This document shows positions 58,189 to 64,000 of a stretch of 64,000 nucleotides of DNA, piece after piece. Location of the stretch: contig JAHJTN010000009.1 of assembly GCA_018829465.1 (NCBI GenBank), forward strand, positions 40,557 through 104,556, in the 5' to 3' direction. This stretch comes from Bacteroidota bacterium (lineage in GTDB: Bacteria; Bacteroidota; Bacteroidia; Flavobacteriales; Flavobacteriaceae). The notes under the pieces are model-generated. The model was given only the letters and a program-made list of their open reading frames with translations. It made no database searches and was not told where the DNA came from. How positions within the stretch are numbered: the first letter of the stretch is position 1; each line of letters begins with the position of its first letter. The position numbers and the translations under genes were made by a program.

Positions 58189-58689
58189 CTATTTAACATT
58201 GTGCTTTTTCTCCTTATCAGAACTGCCAAAAAAGAACCCAAATATCGCTAATGCAACGCCCTCGACTATGCCAATTAGGTGGATGAAGATCTCCTTATTG
58301 CCGTTTGGCACTTCTAAGAAAATGATACTATAGACCACGAACGCAAACACACCGAGGCCAACAAAGCCGGTCACGTTGTAGAGCAGGTCCTTTTGGCCGG
58401 CTTTGGCAGTTTCAACCTGCCTTTGCCGTGCGCTCTCCCGGTCGCGTATCTCCATTTCATATTCCTTCAGGTCGAGCTCAAGCTCGGCCAATGCCAAGGC
58501 CTTTTGCTCGGGCGTAAGCGCGGTCGTGCCTTCTATTTTGTCCGCCAAGTCCTTAAGGCTGTCCACGCCCGTGACCGTGCCTAAGAGGTCGAGCGCACCA
58601 GGTGCAATGTCTTTTATTTTTCGCAGGAAGTCGCCTACTCTCGTAGTACCGTGGACCTCTTTGTAGGTCGGTTTTTTGTCGTCATTCAT
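58189..58689 (-). CDS. Phage membrane protein, putative holin/lysis protein
   Basis: 166 aa. Soluble coiled-coil N-half, then two strong TM segments (LLYNVTGFVGLGVFAFVVYSIIFL, IFIHLIGIVEGVALAIFGFFFG). Directly follows the endolysin gene. Confidence 0.4.
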   Translation of the reverse strand: MNDDKKPTYKEVHGTTRVGDFLRKIKDIAPGALDLLGTVTGVDSLKDLADKIEGTTALTPEQKALALAELELDLKEYEMEIRDRESARQRQVETAKAGQKDLLYNVTGFVGLGVFAFVVYSIIFLEVPNGNKEIFIHLIGIVEGVALAIFGFFFGSSDKEKKHNVK

Positions 58690-58701
58690 AGCTTTTTTGT
58701 T

Positions 58702-59190
58702 TTAAACATCAAATTGATATACCTTAGGGCTTCGGGGATCGTCGCACACATCGAGGTGTACCCACGTAATTGGTTTTCCCGAAAACTTACGCTCAAGCCG
58801 AATAGGGTGTGGAAGCTCGTTGGCCACGCTATTAAGCCATTGCCTGTGTTGGGCTGCCGTTTCTCCTTCAATGTCATAGTCAGCGCCCATAGACAACACA
58901 TGTGCGCTTAGCCAACTATCGCTTTTTTTGGCACGTGCCTTAACCATGTCGGTGCTCGTATCTCGCACGCCGCGCTCATCGAAGTGGCCACCCCATAGCC
59001 AATTGTTTATGGTCATTTTTTGACCTTTTTTCTCCCTGATCCATAGCAAGGTCTCTATCAGCCGCTTGTCTAAGCGGCTAAGGAAGAAATAATCGCCTAA
59101 GTGCTTGTACTTTCGGTATGCCGCCGGGCTGAAAAGCTCCTCGGGCGTGAAGTACTTCAAAAATTGGTCGTAAAGCTGCTTTGTGGTCAT
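58702..59190 (-). CDS. M15-family zinc peptidase (phage endolysin type)
   Basis: H-x6-D..H zinc motif: SAHVLSMGADYD ... WVHLDV. The ATG at 59190 sits 1 nt after the upstream TAA (the track ORF extends to 59214). Confidence 0.7.
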   Translation of the reverse strand: MTTKQLYDQFLKYFTPEELFSPAAYRKYKHLGDYFFLSRLDKRLIETLLWIREKKGQKMTINNWLWGGHFDERGVRDTSTDMVKARAKKSDSWLSAHVLSMGADYDIEGETAAQHRQWLNSVANELPHPIRLERKFSGKPITWVHLDVCDDPRSPKVYQFDV

Positions 59191-59191
59191 C

Positions 59192-59743
59192 TTACTCGAA
59201 TTGGAATTGTACACTCAATGGCTCGCCGTTCATCTCCTGTGCCAACACCCAATTTTGGGCAATCGGGTTTGTAAGGACAATGTCCTCCTCCTCGAAGCCA
59301 TCGCCTGTAAAAAAGTCCTTCAAATCTTCGTAGCTCGGGTAGCCGATGTCGGTGATCTCCGCTCCGGCGGGCATCACGCCTGCATTGGCAGCTAAATAAG
59401 CCAACAACGGTGTCTCGATGAACTCCGTGGCCGCAAGGTTGAACTCCTCCATCGTAGTGTTTTCGTCACCCACAAATTCCGGGTCAAAAGCCGAGTTGGG
59501 ATAGCGCAGCATGCTCACGCGATTGGTCCCGTTGGGGTCGTCATTCGTTCCTTTGAAAAGGCGGCGCATCGTGGCCAACACCACCCGCTCGTTGCCGCGG
59601 TTGTAGTACATCTCGAAGTCAACGACATACAAGAGGTCGTTCTTTCGGCGAAGGGTCTGTACCTCTTCTACGAACACGTCTCGAAACGTGCCTTGCTTTG
59701 GGTTGGGACTGACATAAGTTCCTGTTTTTGTTATCAGTTTCAT
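59192..59743 (-). CDS. Phage hypothetical protein
   Basis: 183 aa. Same operon. No motif recognised. Confidence 0.5.
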   Translation of the reverse strand: MKLITKTGTYVSPNPKQGTFRDVFVEEVQTLRRKNDLLYVVDFEMYYNRGNERVVLATMRRLFKGTNDDPNGTNRVSMLRYPNSAFDPEFVGDENTTMEEFNLAATEFIETPLLAYLAANAGVMPAGAEITDIGYPSYEDLKDFFTGDGFEEEDIVLTNPIAQNWVLAQEMNGEPLSVQFQFE

Positions 59744-59753
59744 TTTTTAGATT

Positions 59754-60623
59754 TTATGGAAGTTCAATGTATTTGATGCTGTCAACGTTAAAGCCAGAAG
59801 TACGCACTTCAAATTTTAGATTTCCAACAGGTAAGGCTGCATTGACCGTAGTTTGAAGGACGTTATTTTCGTTGTACCACTTAAGCGACGTCAAGTCCCA
59901 TTCGAGAGTATAGAAAGCGGCTGTTTGACTCAAAATCCCTGTGTTGGAAATTGCAGACGTGATGTTTACAGATGGCACTGCAAGTGCGGAAATGGAATCC
60001 CCGACATAATGTCGGCCGCTGGTTGCGTTATTAAACCGAAAATTAGTCCATGTTGTGTTGTCGCCTTCGTTCAAAAAATAGATCGTATTTTGAATTGGCA
60101 ATGCCGTTATCTCGGCATTGAAAGGGCTTACTTCTGCGGAAAAAACAACCCTCCACTTGCGCGACATGTCGATAACTTGATTCCAACGAACGCGTGCCAA
60201 TTGCCCATTCGCTGTAATCTTCACCTCTCCGGGAGTGTTTAGATCAGCAGTGTTCATCGCCGACACGAATGTCCAATCTGCCAATGTCGGGACGATAACA
60301 TTGCCTTGGGAAACCGTGAACACGTTGTTTTTGACCGTCGGCGTGCCGCTACCGTTGTCCAACGTGATGCCATAATTGCCATCAACACCGGCTGTCATAA
60401 TGAAGAACTTAACGGTTTTCGTGTCAATGAAAATGAAGTTGTTGACGGTAAACCCGTTGCCAAAAACAGTCATATCAGGCGTGAAAAATTCCCCTTTTAT
60501 CGTTGCTTCTATTTGCGTGTTAGGCGTAGTGAAATTTGGTGTTATTTCGCTGAAAAATGGCGGAAATTGCCGCGCAACTCCCCTCAATTGTTCTGCCCCG
60601 ATTTTAGTTGTTCCCATGGCCAT
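59754..60623 (-). CDS. Phage hypothetical protein, beta-rich (possible receptor-binding protein)
   Basis: 289 aa. Asn/Thr/Val-rich beta-type composition. Lies directly after fibre-like genes. Confidence 0.5.
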   Translation of the reverse strand: MAMGTTKIGAEQLRGVARQFPPFFSEITPNFTTPNTQIEATIKGEFFTPDMTVFGNGFTVNNFIFIDTKTVKFFIMTAGVDGNYGITLDNGSGTPTVKNNVFTVSQGNVIVPTLADWTFVSAMNTADLNTPGEVKITANGQLARVRWNQVIDMSRKWRVVFSAEVSPFNAEITALPIQNTIYFLNEGDNTTWTNFRFNNATSGRHYVGDSISALAVPSVNITSAISNTGILSQTAAFYTLEWDLTSLKWYNENNVLQTTVNAALPVGNLKFEVRTSGFNVDSIKYIELP

Positions 60624-60626
60624 AAA

Positions 60627-61451
60627 TTATTTTATTAATACCCAAGCGTCCGGATTGGCCGTTGGTGCTGTTTCGAATTGAATTGTCTGTGTATCGAGCT
60701 CAATGTAGTCGAATCCTGAGCCCAACCGTTGCCGGATGCCGTTGAGGAAGACCTCAGATTTTCCGGCCTCAAAGGCCGCCGGGGCGGCAAAGATGCGGTT
60801 TGTCCCATCGATCGCCCCTGTAGCGTTCGTGTTTGTGTTGCCAGATGCCGAAAGTGTTTTGGTAATGTCGTCCCATGCCAAGCCCTTCAGAAGGACTTGG
60901 TTCGTCATTCTGCCGATTTCAACGCCCAAGACATCGCGCACGACTACTTCGGTGACGTTATTTGGAAAAAATGAAAGGAATGGCGAAAATCCGTCACCAT
61001 CGTTCATGAGCTGCGAAGTCTTGATGACAGCCCGTTGGTACAATAAATCGGTGGCAACGAGCTGCAAGTTGCCCGCGCCGTACACGCCACGTCCTTTACC
61101 CACGATCGTATAAACGTCTCCGGACTCAATGATCCGGAACTTTTGAACGGTACTGCCGTCCACTATCAGGAACGGCGCAGGAAGCGCGCTCACATAGGCT
61201 GCCACACCATTGGCATCGGGCGTGGCCAACTCAGCTTCAGACAGCTCCATCACCATAACCTTCGTCCGGTTGGCAGCGTCCACCGCCACAGACATGTCGT
61301 TCAACAGCCCGTCCAACCCTTCCACTTCGGCAGCCGGCACCAAGTCGTCTTTGTGCCGAAAGCTGTCCCAAACATCCCAAAACTGCGCTTGGGTAGGTTT
61401 CAATCCGGTTTTGAACCAATTTTTGATTGATGCTAAACTTACTTTTGCCAT
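60627..61451 (-). CDS. Phage tail-fibre-like protein
   Basis: 274 aa. N-terminal WFKTGLKPTQAQFWDVWDSFRHKDD motif, which I associate with Bacteroidota phage fibre proteins (from memory, unverified). Confidence 0.45.
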   Translation of the reverse strand: MAKVSLASIKNWFKTGLKPTQAQFWDVWDSFRHKDDLVPAAEVEGLDGLLNDMSVAVDAANRTKVMVMELSEAELATPDANGVAAYVSALPAPFLIVDGSTVQKFRIIESGDVYTIVGKGRGVYGAGNLQLVATDLLYQRAVIKTSQLMNDGDGFSPFLSFFPNNVTEVVVRDVLGVEIGRMTNQVLLKGLAWDDITKTLSASGNTNTNATGAIDGTNRIFAAPAAFEAGKSEVFLNGIRQRLGSGFDYIELDTQTIQFETAPTANPDAWVLIK

Positions 61452-61490
61452 GACTGTTATTATTTGTTATACGTTATTAGTTATTCATAA

Positions 61491-62339
61491 TTATCCTATC
61501 CACATCAGCTTCAGCATCACCATATAGGGCTGCCTGTTCTCATGCGCTTGGCCACCGCCTGCGTTGTTTATTGTGAGCGTGTGCGTGTGGCTGCCTTGGC
61601 TGTCGGTGGTCTGCACAGTTGTAGGGGCTGTGCCGCCGCTGTTGAGCGGTTGGAGATCCATGCCCGTACGTGTGATGCTATCACTCTCGCTGCGCCTCAG
61701 CGTAAGGCCGTGCGTGTGCGCCCCGGCTGCTTGCAGGCTATGGCCATGCGTGTGTGCAGGCATCTGCTCTTCGGTAAGCGCAACTGTCTTCGCTCCCCCA
61801 ATGTTGCCCACAACGTTGTAGTCTGCGTCCGCCGGGTCGTAGCCTACGGTTACCTTACCGTTTAGGTTGGGCGTGCCGTTGGTGCCGTCACAAATTGCCC
61901 AACCGGACGGAACTGCCGCCGGGTTGCCAAACCAATCGATGATCTCGCCCACGATGCGCTGCATCTTGCTCAAGTCCTTCAGGTTCTTTGGCCGAACGAA
62001 GTTCGCCCACGGCCAGCTTGTCACCGCTGTGCCGAAAGTGGCATAGCGTGTTATAAAGACATCGCGGCCTTGCCCGTCCTCAAAAATCCGTTGCTCTTTT
62101 TCCTCCACAATAATGACGTTGGGCCCGAGGGCCGCACTGCGAAATTCCAAAAGTTCGCCGTTAATGTAAACCACGCCGTCTGTCACAGTTCCTCCATTAA
62201 TTACGGCACCTTCTACGATAGCTAAATTGCCAAAGGCGTACCCGAAGGCTTGCATCAACAGCAAGTTGGCCTGCAGCTTGTCTATGGTGTCGGTTTCGAG
62301 CGGGAAACCGCCTGTTTGTTGAATGTTCAGTCTGTTCAT
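61491..62339 (-). CDS. Phage tail fibre with tail-collar (MdpB-like) domain
   Basis: 282 aa. IIDWFGNPAAVPSGWAICDGTNGTPNLNGK...GGAKTVALTEEQMPAHTHGH, followed by further AHTHG and SHTHT motifs. Confidence 0.7.
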   Translation of the reverse strand: MNRLNIQQTGGFPLETDTIDKLQANLLLMQAFGYAFGNLAIVEGAVINGGTVTDGVVYINGELLEFRSAALGPNVIIVEEKEQRIFEDGQGRDVFITRYATFGTAVTSWPWANFVRPKNLKDLSKMQRIVGEIIDWFGNPAAVPSGWAICDGTNGTPNLNGKVTVGYDPADADYNVVGNIGGAKTVALTEEQMPAHTHGHSLQAAGAHTHGLTLRRSESDSITRTGMDLQPLNSGGTAPTTVQTTDSQGSHTHTLTINNAGGGQAHENRQPYMVMLKLMWIG

Positions 62340-62797
62340 ATCGTTTGAATTGTGTATCGTTTTGAAGCGAGTCTATAAAAGTCGATGAGCGCGGTCATGT
62401 CAAAATTGTTGAACTGCAGGCCGGCCGGGACTAGGACGATGAAGTCCACGCCCGTGTCGGCGAAGTCTATGCTATTGCGCAGGTACATTGCGCCAAGAAA
62501 CGCTGGTTTCATCTCTCCGGAGGTGTAGATGTACACCCGCCCAAAGCGGTTACCGTCAACGATCTGTATGCGGCGAAGGGCGGGGTCGAAACTGTCGTTA
62601 AGCACCTTGCGCAGATAGACAACTTGGCCACTATGCGTGAGGATGTACAAGTTGCGCTCGCGGAACGCCGCCCAGTTGCTATATAGTTGGCTGATCGGGA
62701 AGATCAACGCTCGAAGCCATGCCATCGTCCTTTCTCTTCGCAGGAAGGTCGGCAGCAATAGCACCGTGAACTTCTCAATGTCTAACTTATACCACAT
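62336..62797 (-). CDS. Phage baseplate/tail protein (possible P2 gpI-like)
   Basis: 153 aa. Lies between the J-like and fibre genes. LLPTFLRRE N-terminal motif. ATGA overlap with the next gene. Confidence 0.4.
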   Translation of the reverse strand: MWYKLDIEKFTVLLLPTFLRRERTMAWLRALIFPISQLYSNWAAFRERNLYILTHSGQVVYLRKVLNDSFDPALRRIQIVDGNRFGRVYIYTSGEMKPAFLGAMYLRNSIDFADTGVDFIVLVPAGLQFNNFDMTALIDFYRLASKRYTIQTI

Positions 62798-63626
62798 AGC
62801 TTATCAGGTCAAAATTTTCTATTTCAAAATATCCGGAGACCGGAATCTTCCGAACATCAATGTTCACGAAATCGCCATAGCCGCCGACCTCGGCGTCTAT
62901 CCACTTCGTTTTAACTTCGTCCACCTGTACGATTTTCACGCCTTCAACTGCCTCAAGCTTATTGGCGAGGTCTTGAATGACAAGCTCGCCGTTAAAAGGC
63001 AATTCCTTCATGAATTCAAGCAACGCCATTTCTACAGGTTTGCCGCCGTTTAGGCGATGGTTGCCATTCTCATCGAGCAACAACGGATCGCGAAAGATGC
63101 GCATCCGGAGCTGAAGGATATCCGGAAGGAAGTTGATGACCGTCACGGCCACGCCGGCGTATTTGATTTCGGCAATGTATTGCTCAAAAATCGCCTGCCT
63201 GTCAGCGGCAATCGGAGCGAGCTTGCCGGCCTCTTCCGTGGCGATTTTGACGATGACGCGGCTTTCATCCGCCGCCTCGGTTACGGCGGCAAACTTGATG
63301 ATTTTCGACCCTTCGATCTGCTCATCGGTTACCCCGGCGTTGTCGAACAAGTCGCTATCTGGCAATAGGTCGAAACCGAACTGAAACGCCAAGGCTTTGT
63401 ACCTGTACCATCTAGGCGTACCGGGGCGAAGTTTGGCCAACAGCTCCGCAACTTCATCTACATGGATGTCGAACAGTTTCTCCAAAGCCCAAATGGACAC
63501 AGCGGTGATATACGACCACAACCGCCATACGGACACTTTACTCGTGGAAGTAAGGCCTGCCAATGCCGGTTCTGCGGCCTTGGCGGCGAGGATGTCTGCT
63601 TGTATTTGTTCTATTGTGCGTGCCAT
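62787..63626 (-). CDS. Baseplate J-like protein
   Basis: 279 aa. Its position and its N-terminal region (..SVWRLWSYITAVSIWALEKLFDIHVDEV..) resemble baseplate-J family wedge proteins. Confidence 0.5.
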   Translation of the reverse strand: MARTIEQIQADILAAKAAEPALAGLTSTSKVSVWRLWSYITAVSIWALEKLFDIHVDEVAELLAKLRPGTPRWYRYKALAFQFGFDLLPDSDLFDNAGVTDEQIEGSKIIKFAAVTEAADESRVIVKIATEEAGKLAPIAADRQAIFEQYIAEIKYAGVAVTVINFLPDILQLRMRIFRDPLLLDENGNHRLNGGKPVEMALLEFMKELPFNGELVIQDLANKLEAVEGVKIVQVDEVKTKWIDAEVGGYGDFVNIDVRKIPVSGYFEIENFDLISYVV

Positions 63627-63629
63627 GTC

Positions 63630-63923
63630 TTAGCTTACTTTAAATGTTAACCCAATCTGCCAAAAGCCGATGCCTTCATCACGTGCCGGAAGCGTTGCCT
63701 CATCGATGTCGGTGGCAGGGAAAATCCGATTTGTTTTATAGTAATCGACAACCCCTTTGAAGCCATAATCTATGGTTGGTATCTCTATGGCCGATCCCGG
63801 TACAATATCGTCTGTAATGCCAACACCATTAATAATTGCAAAGTCAAAGATTGAAGTTATGCTGCCGGTCTCCTTGATGGCAATATCTAATAAGCTTTGG
63901 CGGTCTAAAGTGAGTGCACTCAT
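63630..63923 (-). CDS. Small phage protein, LysM-like (tail protein X-like)
   Basis: 97 aa. QSLLDIAIKETGSITSIFDFAIINGVGITDDIVPGSAIEIP has a LysM-type pattern. Confidence 0.4.
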   Translation of the reverse strand: MSALTLDRQSLLDIAIKETGSITSIFDFAIINGVGITDDIVPGSAIEIPTIDYGFKGVVDYYKTNRIFPATDIDEATLPARDEGIGFWQIGLTFKVS

Positions 63924-64000
63924 TTTTTTGATTCGAGTTCGAGTATCCTTTTGTTTTTTAACTTCAATTCGACATCTTTCTGCGCAACTTGCGCTTTAAG
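63920..64000 (-). CDS. 3' end of a further phage gene (5' part outside the window)
   Basis: - strand frame reads ..LKAQVAQKDVELKLKNKRILELESKK*, with its TGA overlapping the next ATG (ATGA). Confidence 0.35.
   Translation of the reverse strand, partial: LKAQVAQKDVELKLKNKRILELESKK

Larger units (their letters stand above)
57507..64000 (-). mobile_element. Distal part of a prophage or phage-tail-like element (remnant genes, lysis cassette, tail fibres, baseplate); continues beyond the window
   Basis: Abrupt G+C increase, tightly packed co-oriented ORFs with phage-type functions, and truncated host gene at the left border. Confidence 0.65.

Noticed and set aside
61542-63633. Several 80-140-aa + strand ORFs within the phage block (e.g. 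61542-61865, 62637-63053, 63057-63368)
   Set aside because: The higher G+C content of this block suppresses stop codons on the opposite strand. The translations are Arg/Ala/Val/Cys-rich nonsense that overlaps tightly packed minus-strand genes.
1-64000. Scan for tRNA, rRNA, tmRNA, RNase P and SRP RNA signatures
   Set aside because: No T-loop GGTTCGAATCC-type strings in a tRNA-like context were seen by eye. I also found no GAGGAAAGTCCGGGC (RNase P) and no tmRNA tag or 3'-end motifs. A proper tRNAscan or Infernal run is still needed to exclude them.

Overview
This 64-kb window looks like chromosomal DNA from a Bacteroidota genome, probably Flavobacteriia-like. The clues are an XrtF exosortase pair, TAnnTTTG-type promoter boxes, no Shine-Dalgarno sequences, and BlaI/BlaR1 and OMP_b-brl_3-type genes. 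Positions 1-57.5 kb are densely coded housekeeping and accessory metabolism. Recognisable genes include dnaA, panB, ribD, rlmD, sucA/sucB, glmM, dapF, mltG, ggt and acpH, plus two M1 peptidases, an HtrA protease, a GH3 beta-glucosidase, an MlaEF-like ABC pair and a two-component system. There are two separate sucrose/fructoside loci: trehalase + GH100-like + fructokinase, and GH32 + MFS + fructokinase. I found no rRNA, tRNA or CRISPR array. At about 57.5 kb the composition becomes clearly more G+C-rich. A minus-strand phage late module (baseplate, tail fibres, M15 endolysin, membrane/holin-like protein) then runs off the right edge of the window. Between host and phage DNA lies a scar of gene remnants: the 3' third of a carboxylesterase, a ThyA-fold gene with a large internal deletion, and the 5' third of a Dam-like methylase. 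Other points worth a second look: a BlaR1-type gene split by one in-frame TAA; a 2 x 90-bp in-frame duplication across the stop codon of an M1 peptidase; a perfect REP-like hairpin family; a ~91-bp repeat family whose 3' end supplies the ATG of two unrelated genes; and a ~900-bp ORF-poor gap. All functional calls come from reading motifs in the supplied translations. No database search was run.
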